52,134 nucleotides of DNA from a virus (taxonomy: Duplodnaviria; Caudoviricetes). The notes under the pieces are model-generated. The model did no database searches and was not told where the DNA came from. It saw only the letters and a list, made by a program, of their open reading frames with translations. The stretch lies in the IMG/VR virus record IMGVR_UViG_3300025652_000110, positions 1 to 52,134 of that record. One strand, written 5' to 3'. Positions 39,262 through 47,767 of this stretch are shown piece by piece; within the stretch, counting starts at the first letter, position 1; every line of letters starts with the position of its first letter. Position numbers and translations under genes: made by a program.

Positions 39262-39591
39262 TTATGCTTCAGGAAGTATTTCTGAAACTTTATATGCATT
39301 TACATACACTTTTGTATTCCAAGAACCATCGACATTTTCTTCTGTCTTCTCGATTCTTGCTTCGATCGACACTTTAGAACCTTTCTTAAGTTCTGACATT
39401 GCCTTTCGAACTGTGTTGGTGAATCCAGTGACGAACCACCAAGTTGGTTCTCGTTTAATCCAAGACTTTGAAGCCTCGTCATAATAATCATTAGATTCTG
39501 CGACTCTGAGCTTAGACATCTCATTGCCATTCTTTGTTTTACCCGTCTCTGGGTCCTGGCCTAGATGACCAGTGATTTTAACTTGTGCCAT
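39262..39591 (-). CDS. ssb: Bacterial-type SSB OB-fold lacking the acidic C-terminal tail
   Basis: ITGHLGQDPE...LRVA...TWWFV...LKKGSKVSIEARI; start re-called at MAQVKI. Confidence 0.85.
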   Translation of the reverse strand: MAQVKITGHLGQDPETGKTKNGNEMSKLRVAESNDYYDEASKSWIKREPTWWFVTGFTNTVRKAMSELKKGSKVSIEARIEKTEENVDGSWNTKVYVNAYKVSEILPEA

Positions 39592-39658
39592 ATAATTCTC
39601 CTTATATTGACATTGATTGTCTGAATAGCCCATCTATTCAGATCGTATTAACCCTCGT

Positions 39659-39847
39659 TTATTTATATTGAGAGTTAAATCTTTTCTTGAAGTATTGAAA
39701 TTCATCGAACAGATCATCTTCAAGATCATTGATCGGCGCTATAAGTTCTTGCAGCGTCATCGATCTCATTGGAAATGTATTAGTACAACCCATGAATTCT
39801 TCATAAATGATTAAGTCATTGATTGCATCTTTAATTTCTTTTGACAT
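39659..39847 (-). CDS. Hypothetical protein
   Basis: GGAG RBS. Confidence 0.55.
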   Translation of the reverse strand: MSKEIKDAINDLIIYEEFMGCTNTFPMRSMTLQELIAPINDLEDDLFDEFQYFKKRFNSQYK

Positions 39848-39850
39848 AGT

Positions 39851-39979
39851 TTACTCCTTATCTTTATACTTATTATTAATGCGCTCATTCATATCCATAA
39901 AGAATGGTACAAATACGCACGCCAGACCTACAATAACTCCGATAAGAATTATTGTATGAATTATTAAAACTTCTAACAT
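39851..39979 (-). CDS. 42-aa membrane peptide
   Basis: MLEVLIIHTIILIGVIVGLACVFVPFF...; GAGGAG RBS; not in the ORF track. Confidence 0.5.
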   Translation of the reverse strand: MLEVLIIHTIILIGVIVGLACVFVPFFMDMNERINNKYKDKE

Positions 39980-39980
39980 A

Positions 39981-40112
39981 TCATTTCTCCTCAAATTGAA
40001 CAATAATATCATTATGCCCTAGTTCTTTATAATAGAAATAGAGCTCAGATGCTTCTTCAAAAATAACATAACGATCAGTTACTTCTGTACCTCCAACCCA
40101 AACAGTATACAT
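39981..40112 (-). CDS. 43-aa hypothetical protein
   Basis: MYTVWVGGTEV...; GGAGG RBS; not in the ORF track. Confidence 0.6.
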   Translation of the reverse strand: MYTVWVGGTEVTDRYVIFEEASELYFYYKELGHNDIIVQFEEK

Positions 40113-40121
40113 AATAACCTC

Positions 40122-40385
40122 CTATAATGCTTTGATTTCTAATAAATGCATTTCGATATCATTAGGATGAACCCACCCAATAACATCGTCTGTCACTGGA
40201 GTATCGTAAGTAATGCTCCAATCTTCATCATCATCTGAATTAAATTTCAGTACAGCGATCTCGTATAGACCACCTTTACCTCCATAACTCATTTCATTCT
40301 GAATAACAGAAGCGCCATAATTGTTAGGAAACCTGTATTTAACTCTTCCTAACTCCCTTGATATAACATGACCAACTTTACACAT
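40122..40385 (-). CDS. Phage hypothetical protein
   Basis: YRFPNNYGASVI...SYGG..GLYEIAVL...YDTPVTDDVIGW motif. Confidence 0.7.
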   Translation of the reverse strand: MCKVGHVISRELGRVKYRFPNNYGASVIQNEMSYGGKGGLYEIAVLKFNSDDDEDWSITYDTPVTDDVIGWVHPNDIEMHLLEIKAL

Positions 40386-40420
40386 AATTGTCTCCTTTAT
40401 TATTATAAAAAGCAGATCAT

Positions 40421-40441
40421 TTCGACCACTCCCTTATAGAG
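40421..40441 (+). promoter_or_regulatory. Candidate phage-RNAP promoter, copy 2 (TTCGACCACTCCCTTATAGAG)
   Basis: Identical 21-mer to 30314-30334 on the opposite strand; intergenic. Confidence 0.65.
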
Positions 40442-40533
40442 AAGAAATATAAAGGTAGGACTGAATGTATCCGCATCCACGATATTCCCTTGGGCAAGGA
40501 ATTAGATAATCCCTATATGCCCAAAGCAATTAG

Positions 40534-40791
40534 TTATAAGCAATTCCATTTATCGAGTTGCTCTTTAGTAAAATCACCGTACTGTTGAAGATTTTTTACA
40601 GTCTCTTCTTCCTCTTGGATTTCAAGATCAGTATCATGATTTATTGTATCGCAAAGTGATTGTAATTCAGCATCACGATCTTTACAAGACATAGACTTAA
40701 ACCAGTCGTAATTAATACGTCCTGGTCTAGATCCATATACTTCTTTCCAGCAATCACTGAAGAAATCTATTTGATCTTGTAATTTTGACAT
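40534..40791 (-). CDS. Hypothetical protein
   Basis: SDCWKEVYGSRP motif; GGAG RBS. Confidence 0.65.
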   Translation of the reverse strand: MSKLQDQIDFFSDCWKEVYGSRPGRINYDWFKSMSCKDRDAELQSLCDTINHDTDLEIQEEEETVKNLQQYGDFTKEQLDKWNCL

Positions 40792-40977
40792 AACTGTCTC
40801 CTTATTAATTGAAAGATTATGTTAATAAACTATGAGTATATGATAGTGTATTAAGATAAACTTTGGATGATCGTTAGGTTCAACTCAGCGTGCAATCACT
40901 CGCTCACATTATGTGTTACATGTGGTATCTACAAAGTAATTACACGCACAAGTCGCTTATCTCTGATCTCTTATCTC

Positions 40978-41262
40978 TTATAGAGAACGAGCACGAGCGT
41001 TATGATCAGCTAATGGTCTCTTATAACTAAGAGAATCAGTAGTATGATCGTAAGCTATGGTAGCTTCGAGATGTGTATTAACAAATCTATCTGTATCTCC
41101 ATCGCCTACGTAAGTCCATTTAGGTGATGAAGCAACATAAGCTACTATATTACTAATAGCTTGCTCAGATAGACGAGCGATATATGACTTACGATCTGGA
41201 TTAGGTAAGTCGTTAAGTTTTTTGATCAGTCTTTGATCGTGGTTTAATTTTGATTTATACAT
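40978..41262 (-). CDS. Hypothetical protein, first gene of the - arm
   Basis: AAGGAG RBS. Confidence 0.6.
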   Translation of the reverse strand: MYKSKLNHDQRLIKKLNDLPNPDRKSYIARLSEQAISNIVAYVASSPKWTYVGDGDTDRFVNTHLEATIAYDHTTDSLSYKRPLADHNARARSL

Positions 41263-41308
41263 TTGAATCTCCTTTATTATTATAAGATACTACATGATTG
41301 TAGCATTT

Positions 41309-41368
41309 GAGCTCTTGCTCTAGCTCTTGGCTCTTGATCTAAGCTCCTGTATCTTGCTCGTGATCTTG
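41309..41368. repeat. Degenerate 6-8 bp repeat array (GCTCTTG/GATCTTG)
   Basis: gagctcttgctctagctcttggctcttgatctaagctcctgtatcttgctcgtgatcttg. Confidence 0.7.
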
Positions 41369-41597
41369 GGGGCACTTGAACTATTGCACTAGGCTCTTAC
41401 TATAGATTTAACCCACAGGTGCCAAACATATAAAATTTTAGAAAACACAGAATTATTTAATAAGTATACAGAGCTCTCAACAGAGCCCATTCGTACCAAC
41501 AGGATTGCTACGTAAGAACATACAGGGAAAGCAGTGACCTCGGGGTTGCTACAGTTCTGTATATTTTTTAAATGATTCTAAAAATTAAGGAGGAAGT

Positions 41598-41957
41598 ATG
41601 CCGTTTAAAAAAGGTGAACCTCAACATCCTAACGCTGCTAAGCAGCACTGGAAGAAAGGGGAGTCCGGCAATCCTAAGGGAAAACCGATTGGCTCAAAAA
41701 ATAAATTAACATTAACTAAAGAGGCTTTCAGTAGAGGTGAAGGATTGAGTCCTGCTGATATGCTAGTAGAGATTGCAAGGAGGAACTTTGCGCAAGCTAC
41801 GACTGCAGGTGATAGTTTAGCAATGAAAGCTATTATAGAAGCAAATAAATTTATAGAACCTACAGCAGATGCTGAGGTGATTAAGGAAAATGTTAAGGAT
41901 GTTTCGACAGAAGATCTGCAGGCTAGAGTATTACAGCTTGTAGGTAACGAGAAGTAG
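41598..41957 (+). CDS. terS: Terminase small subunit candidate
   Basis: WKKGESGNPKGKPIGSKNK motif; directly upstream of TerL. Confidence 0.65.
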   Translation: MPFKKGEPQHPNAAKQHWKKGESGNPKGKPIGSKNKLTLTKEAFSRGEGLSPADMLVEIARRNFAQATTAGDSLAMKAIIEANKFIEPTADAEVIKENVKDVSTEDLQARVLQLVGNEK

Positions 41958-41965
41958 GAGACACA

Positions 41966-43606
41966 ATGACAAGCGATGATGAGTTGTTGGAAGTAGTTGA
42001 AGAGCTTGAGAAAAGAAAACAATGGGAGTACTGGAAGAATAATCCAGAAGCTTTTATTAATGAATGTTTATATATTTATCCGAAGGATGCCGCGCTGGGT
42101 AAGATTAAATTAAATATAAACAAGGCACAAAAATTAGTAGTTGATGAATTTACTAGGCAGATGAAGACTAAGGGACATGTCAGAATGATTATCTCTAAGT
42201 ATCGTCAAGCTGGTTTCAGTACAATTAGCTCAGCACTAATCTTTCATAGAGCTTTGTTTTATAATTCTACTAGAGCGGTTATTATATCTTTAGACAAGCC
42301 TACGACAGAAAGTATATTTAGTATGTCTAAAACTTTTTACGAGGATTTGCCAAAGGATATAAAGCCTGAGTTGAGTGCATCAAATAAAAGAGAAATGAAG
42401 TTTGTGGACAACGGATCTATGTATCGTTGTTTTACTGCAGGTGCGGATAACCCGGGTCGCGGGACAACAAACACAGCTTTATTATGTGATGAGACTGCAT
42501 TTTTTCAGAGTGCGGAGAAGGTTATGGCTGGACTATTCCAGTCTATTTCACTCTCTCCTGGAAGTATAATTATTATCAACTCTACGTCGAACGGGGCGCA
42601 GGGTGTGTACTACGATCTTTGGAATAAAGCAGAGAAAAAATTAGGAAATTTTACATCTTTGTTTGTGCCTTGGTATATCCAGGACGAATACAGGATTGCA
42701 GTGCCAGATGGTTTAGAACTAACATCTGAAGAACAGAAAATTAAAGACGAATGGGATTTAGATGATGAGCAGATATACTGGCGCAGAATTAAGATTGCAG
42801 AGACATCAACTATTTTATTCAAACAGGAATATCCGTTCACGGCTCAGGAAAGCTTCATCCAATCAGGTTCAAACGTATTTGATGTTGAAGTAATCAATCA
42901 GTATATACACTCTACACCTGAGTCAATAAGAAAATTTAATAGAGAGTATGCAAGTTTCGATGAGGATATCGAAGGAGACTTGCAAGTGTGGGAACCACCT
43001 AAAAGAGATAAAAAATATCTCATCGGCGGGGATGTCGCCGGGGGTGTGGGCGGAGACTATTCCGCGGCAGTTGTCATGGACAACGAAAGAAATGTTGTAG
43101 CCCTATATAGAAATAACAGGATTGATCCTGTATTCTTTGGGCACGTTCTATTTTATTTAGGCAGGTGGTATAACAATTGTTTGTTGGCTCCTGAATCTAA
43201 CTCAATTGGACTAGCTACAATACAACAACTACACTCTATGAATTATCCAAACTTATATCAGCAAAGAAAGACTGCTAATGTAAGACTTGGCAATGATATA
43301 AATTCATATGGATTTAAAACTACAGTAAGTACGAAAGTGCCTATAATATCTAACTTACAAGCTATGGTTAAGGATTATGATATAAATATCCCATCAAGCT
43401 TGATTTTAGATGAGTTAAGGAATTACATATTGGTAGGTGAGAATAACAGGATGCAAGCTGCTACAGGTCATTATGATGATACTGTTATGGCTCTTGCTAT
43501 AGCTTGTGAAGCTTACAGGACTCATGGTCATTCTTTAACAAATCAACGCTTCTCCTTTGGAGAACTAAATCAACATACACATACAGACGAGACTAATTGG
43601 CTGTAA
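41966..43606 (+). CDS. terL: Terminase large subunit
   Basis: KYRQAGFST (Walker A), LLCDE (Walker B), STSNG, GGDVAGG, HYDDTVMA. Confidence 0.93.
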   Translation: MTSDDELLEVVEELEKRKQWEYWKNNPEAFINECLYIYPKDAALGKIKLNINKAQKLVVDEFTRQMKTKGHVRMIISKYRQAGFSTISSALIFHRALFYNSTRAVIISLDKPTTESIFSMSKTFYEDLPKDIKPELSASNKREMKFVDNGSMYRCFTAGADNPGRGTTNTALLCDETAFFQSAEKVMAGLFQSISLSPGSIIIINSTSNGAQGVYYDLWNKAEKKLGNFTSLFVPWYIQDEYRIAVPDGLELTSEEQKIKDEWDLDDEQIYWRRIKIAETSTILFKQEYPFTAQESFIQSGSNVFDVEVINQYIHSTPESIRKFNREYASFDEDIEGDLQVWEPPKRDKKYLIGGDVAGGVGGDYSAAVVMDNERNVVALYRNNRIDPVFFGHVLFYLGRWYNNCLLAPESNSIGLATIQQLHSMNYPNLYQQRKTANVRLGNDINSYGFKTTVSTKVPIISNLQAMVKDYDINIPSSLILDELRNYILVGENNRMQAATGHYDDTVMALAIACEAYRTHGHSLTNQRFSFGELNQHTHTDETNWL

Positions 43607-43620
43607 CGGAGAGAGAGAGT

Positions 43621-45792
43621 ATGGAATTGAAAAAAGTAACTGACGATGAATTGATCGCTCAGATTGATTCAAAAGTTCGTAATAGTATTGGAGGTCTAAC
43701 GGGAGCAGGTGATCTGTCTTCCAGAAGAGAAAATGCTACTTATGAATTTAATATGTCACCGTTAGGTGATTTAAAACCTCAGGGAGTTAGTAAGATTGTA
43801 TCTTCTGATACCACAGAGGTTATTGAAAGTTATACTGCTTTAACAACAAAGCTGTTATTAGATAATAATAAGCTTGCTAACTTTGTACCTAGAAGCATGA
43901 AGCCGCGTGATATTCACCAGGCTAAAGTAGCTTCAGATCTAGTTAACTACTGTATATTTAATAAGAATGACGGGTGGAAAACAATTAACACCTGGGTAAA
44001 GTCTGCTTATTTATATGGTAATGGAACGTTAAGTTGGTCATGGATTGAAGACTCTGAATACGAAATGGAAGAGTACGATCAGATTTCTGAAACAGTACTA
44101 GATGAACTTCTTTCAGACCCACTTGTAGAGATTGTTGGGGATTTGGAAGTTACAGAGAATTACGAGCCTGGACCGCAGGAACAAATCTATCAAAATGTAA
44201 GACTTCGTAGAACTCTAGATAAATCTAAAGTTGTTATTGAAGCTATACCTCCCGAAGCATTCTTAATCAATAAAGATGCTAAGAGCATCCAAGACGCTAC
44301 GTTTGTAGCTAAAGTTGTTGAGCTTAGTTATTCTGAAATAAGACAGATGTTTCCTGATTTCCAAAAGGACTTATCTGAAATTGGTGAGAATGCTGAAGTC
44401 GGTCGCGGAATGTCTTGGTCTCAAGAGATATCATCAAGAAAAGATTCTGTTGGTATTGACAACTGGTTAGCTAATGAGGCATTAGATGATTCTGATGAAG
44501 CTAATACAGTATTAGAAGTTATTGAATGTTGGATTAGATCTGACAGGGATGGAGATGGAGTTGCTGAGCTTAAGCATGTTATTAAAGCTGGTAATGATAT
44601 ACTTCAAGAAGATGATGTATCTTATATACCTGTAGCTGATTTAAATCCAGTAGAGATTCCTCACGAATATCATGGTCTATCTTTAGCTGATATGGTACGC
44701 CCGCAAATGCAAGCTACCACAGCTATATTAAGAGGATTTGTAGAGAATGTTTACTTTGGTAACTACGGTAGAACGCTAGCCGATCCAAATGTAGTAGACT
44801 TCTCAGCATTACAAAATCCTGTGCCTAAACAAGTTATTGCTACTAATGGTCCAGCTGTTAACTCAGTACAACAAATAGGTCCTGATCCAATATCACCTGG
44901 AACTCAAGGTATGTTAGAATATCTTCAGTTACAGAAAGAGCAATCAACAGGTTTAACAAAAGCTGCTATGGGTTTAAATGACGCGTTATACGTATCTGGA
45001 AACTCAGAAGCTAAGATGGCTCAAACTCAAAGTGCGGCTCAAATCCGTATTGAGCATATTGCTAGAAGATTTATGGAAACAGGTTTTAAAGATCTGTGTC
45101 GTGGTTTATTGAAAGAGATGAAACAAAACATTAAAGAAGATATGATGTATAAGACTGATAAGGGTTATGCTTCTATATCTCCAAGTGATTTGCAAATGAT
45201 TCCTTCTAATTTAGATTTAGATATTCAAGCTAACCTTGGCGAAAACTCTAATATCAACATGCAACAGAAGTTACAACAGGTTGGAGAGTTGATTCCACTT
45301 ATGGCACAAGATCCTACATCTAGAAAGTATATATCACAAAACGCTGCTTTTAATTTAGGCGTTAAAATGGTTACTGCTATGGGATTAGATCCACTTGATT
45401 ATTTTGTAGACCCAGATAATCCAGAGGTTATGCAAGAGATTGAAGCTAAAGAACAAGAAAGAAAACAGCAGGAGCAAGCTGCAAGTCAATCTGCTCAAGC
45501 ACAAAATGATGCTAACACTAGTCTTATTAAAGCTGAGATAGATAATAAGAAGATAGATAATAAGCGTCAATTACTTGAAGCAGAGGATGAAAGTAATAGA
45601 AATTGGGCTGAGATTAAAATTAAAGCCGAAGGAACTGAAGGTGCTTCAACACCTGTTAAGATTCCTGTAGACTTCCAAGGTTTATATCAAGATACGGAAG
45701 AGAATGAAAAGCAAGCTGCATTACAACAACAGCAGCAGCAACAACAAATGCAGCAAATGCAGCAAATGCAAGGAGGAATGCAAAATGGGTGA
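43621..45792 (+). CDS. Portal protein (P22-like)
   Basis: Size and position after TerL; SKIVSSD, IPPEAFL, GLSLAD patterns; ATG at 43621 preferred over the TTG at 43597. Confidence 0.88.
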   Translation: MELKKVTDDELIAQIDSKVRNSIGGLTGAGDLSSRRENATYEFNMSPLGDLKPQGVSKIVSSDTTEVIESYTALTTKLLLDNNKLANFVPRSMKPRDIHQAKVASDLVNYCIFNKNDGWKTINTWVKSAYLYGNGTLSWSWIEDSEYEMEEYDQISETVLDELLSDPLVEIVGDLEVTENYEPGPQEQIYQNVRLRRTLDKSKVVIEAIPPEAFLINKDAKSIQDATFVAKVVELSYSEIRQMFPDFQKDLSEIGENAEVGRGMSWSQEISSRKDSVGIDNWLANEALDDSDEANTVLEVIECWIRSDRDGDGVAELKHVIKAGNDILQEDDVSYIPVADLNPVEIPHEYHGLSLADMVRPQMQATTAILRGFVENVYFGNYGRTLADPNVVDFSALQNPVPKQVIATNGPAVNSVQQIGPDPISPGTQGMLEYLQLQKEQSTGLTKAAMGLNDALYVSGNSEAKMAQTQSAAQIRIEHIARRFMETGFKDLCRGLLKEMKQNIKEDMMYKTDKGYASISPSDLQMIPSNLDLDIQANLGENSNINMQQKLQQVGELIPLMAQDPTSRKYISQNAAFNLGVKMVTAMGLDPLDYFVDPDNPEVMQEIEAKEQERKQQEQAASQSAQAQNDANTSLIKAEIDNKKIDNKRQLLEAEDESNRNWAEIKIKAEGTEGASTPVKIPVDFQGLYQDTEENEKQAALQQQQQQQQMQQMQQMQGGMQNG

Positions 45793-46018
45793 AGTATGGT
45801 TTTATGATGTATCAGCCTTAACTTATATTAAACCGTCAGCTTTTACAGTTGATGCTAATGGCAGGTTAACTGGTAATGTTACCAAAATGGATGGTACAAC
45901 AAATGTTGCAGTAGCAGCAGGAGATTTAATAGTACAAATTAGCAATGCAGATGGAGTTACAGGTAATACAACTGTTCCTGGAGCTGTTGTCCACACTACG
46001 TTAATTACTAAAGCGTAA
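45785..46018 (+). CDS. Hypothetical virion-arm protein (start MGEVWF)
   Basis: GGAGG RBS. Confidence 0.6.
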   Translation: MGEVWFYDVSALTYIKPSAFTVDANGRLTGNVTKMDGTTNVAVAAGDLIVQISNADGVTGNTTVPGAVVHTTLITKA

Positions 46019-46039
46019 TCATTAGGAGATTGATGAGAG

Positions 46040-46360
46040 ATGGGTGATTATAAAAGACATAAAGAACACGTGTCTGTTGGAGGCAAACCTAAAAAGGTTA
46101 CACCATATGATGATAGTCAACGTGTTCTGCAGAAAGGATGGCAATGTGAAGATATAAAAGACACAATGACATTTGTATATGAAGACTTGATGAATGATTT
46201 ATTTAAAGCTTGGATTACTACGAAACACCATGAAACTCAAGCTCGTGAATTTATTTATCATCAAGTAGTTTCATTAGGAGCTGTACAGTCAAATATAGAA
46301 AGAGCTGTAACAGCTAAAAACAACAAAACCAAAGAGATGGAAGGAGATGATGATGGTTGA
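46040..46360 (+). CDS. Hypothetical protein between portal and scaffold
   Basis: Position; WITTKHHETQAREFIY. Confidence 0.7.
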   Translation: MGDYKRHKEHVSVGGKPKKVTPYDDSQRVLQKGWQCEDIKDTMTFVYEDLMNDLFKAWITTKHHETQAREFIYHQVVSLGAVQSNIERAVTAKNNKTKEMEGDDDG

Positions 46361-46541
46361 GAATGAAAGGTTAGACAAAGCTATTGAACAATTAGATTCA
46401 ATGGTAAGTGTTATGATTAGTGACATTGGGCTTGGTGCATCATATGCTAGAGTTAATTCAACAGCATGTTTAGACATGTTAAACTTAAAAGAAAAGTTAC
46501 AATCAATGAAAAAGCCCGCAGTAACAAAAGGAAAAAAATAG
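46347..46541 (+). CDS. Hypothetical protein
   Basis: GGAG RBS. Confidence 0.55.
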   Translation: MMMVENERLDKAIEQLDSMVSVMISDIGLGASYARVNSTACLDMLNLKEKLQSMKKPAVTKGKK

Positions 46542-46616
46542 AGGTTCTTGAAGAACCCTGATGAGAGATGATGAGAGTTGTTCAAGACTCTCTTAATTAT
46601 ATAGGAGACGATATTT

Positions 46617-47750
46617 ATGAGTGAAAATTCTACCCAAACGGATGATGTAAACACGAGTGAATCTGGATTTGATAATCCGATGGACGATGCAATAGATACT
46701 TTATTAGACAGAGCAGTAGACAGAGGTACATTAAGTCCTGCTTTAGATGAGACAGAGGAAGTTGAATCTATCCAAGAAGATGACGAATCCACAGAAGAAC
46801 TTGAAGGCGAAGATCTAGACCCCGCTGAAGAGGACGCTGAAGATGTTGATGATGATGAGTATGATGACGCTACGGAAGAAGAGGACGATGAGGATGAGGA
46901 ATCTACCCAAGACGAAGAATCTGATGAAATAGAGGATGGTGAACTTGATTTAGAATATCTTATACCAGTCAAAGTAGATGGTGAAGAATCTGAAGTAACA
47001 ATAGAAGAGTTGATCAAAGGTTATCAAACTAATCAGAGCCAGACTAAAAAAGGTCAAGAACTGGCGGAACAAGCCAAACAGTTAGAAACTGAGAAAGAAA
47101 AATCCCATGTATTTCAAAAAATAAATGAGGATTTACTTAAACAGCAAGATGATAGAGATCTAGCTTTACTACAAAGCCGAAAAGATGTTATGGACAAAAT
47201 GGCTAAAGATGGTTATGTTGAAGGAGTTGATGATGATTTAGCAACACTACAATATAAGTACAGATCTTTAGAAGATGAATATACCAAGCGTAAAGCTGAA
47301 CGTAGTAAAACAACGGATAAAATGATCGAGGCTCAAGAAGAAGAGTATCGTAAAACAGCAGAAAAAAATGTAAAGATTTTTCAAAAGGAAATCAAGACAT
47401 TAATTCCTGACTGGTCAGATAAAATGGCGCAAGATAATTATGCGTTTGCAGTTGAACAAGGAATTCCTGAGGAATTTGTTAATACAATTGCATCACCGCT
47501 TATTGCTAAATTTATTAATGACTACCGTGTATTAAAAACATCTGCTTCTACAGGAGCTAAGAAACGCAAAAAAGCTCCAGTTAAAACAGTATCTGCTAAA
47601 AAGCCTGTTTCAAAACAAAACAAAGTGAAGACAAAGAGTGTTGATGCTCGTAAACGAATTGCTAAAGGAAAAGGATCTGATAAAGATTTAAAGGTTCTTA
47701 GCGATGAAACTTACGATAGTATATTTGATAACTCCGAACTCTTCAACTAG
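46617..47750 (+). CDS. Capsid scaffolding protein
   Basis: Very acidic N-terminus, VKVDGEESEVTIEELIKGYQ, coiled coil, basic C-terminus. Confidence 0.85.
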   Translation: MSENSTQTDDVNTSESGFDNPMDDAIDTLLDRAVDRGTLSPALDETEEVESIQEDDESTEELEGEDLDPAEEDAEDVDDDEYDDATEEEDDEDEESTQDEESDEIEDGELDLEYLIPVKVDGEESEVTIEELIKGYQTNQSQTKKGQELAEQAKQLETEKEKSHVFQKINEDLLKQQDDRDLALLQSRKDVMDKMAKDGYVEGVDDDLATLQYKYRSLEDEYTKRKAERSKTTDKMIEAQEEEYRKTAEKNVKIFQKEIKTLIPDWSDKMAQDNYAFAVEQGIPEEFVNTIASPLIAKFINDYRVLKTSASTGAKKRKKAPVKTVSAKKPVSKQNKVKTKSVDARKRIAKGKGSDKDLKVLSDETYDSIFDNSELFN

Positions 47751-47767
47751 TCAAATAGGAGAATATT

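Noticed and set aside
20963-39377. Short + strand ORFs in the - strand arm (e.g. 27905, 31764, 37854)
   Set aside because: Antisense to well-supported genes and lacking motifs
30314-40441. Invertible segment or transposon bounded by the 21-bp inverted repeats
   Set aside because: No recombinase or transposase seen, and gene orientation is continuous across both ends; the promoter reading fits better
40385-41598. N4-type hairpin promoters (C-GNA-G triloop) for the virion RNAP
   Set aside because: I found no repeated stem-triloop of that form by eye; the small hairpins present differ from each other
45715-45775. CAG/CAA-rich repeat
   Set aside because: Encodes an ordinary poly-Gln portal tail
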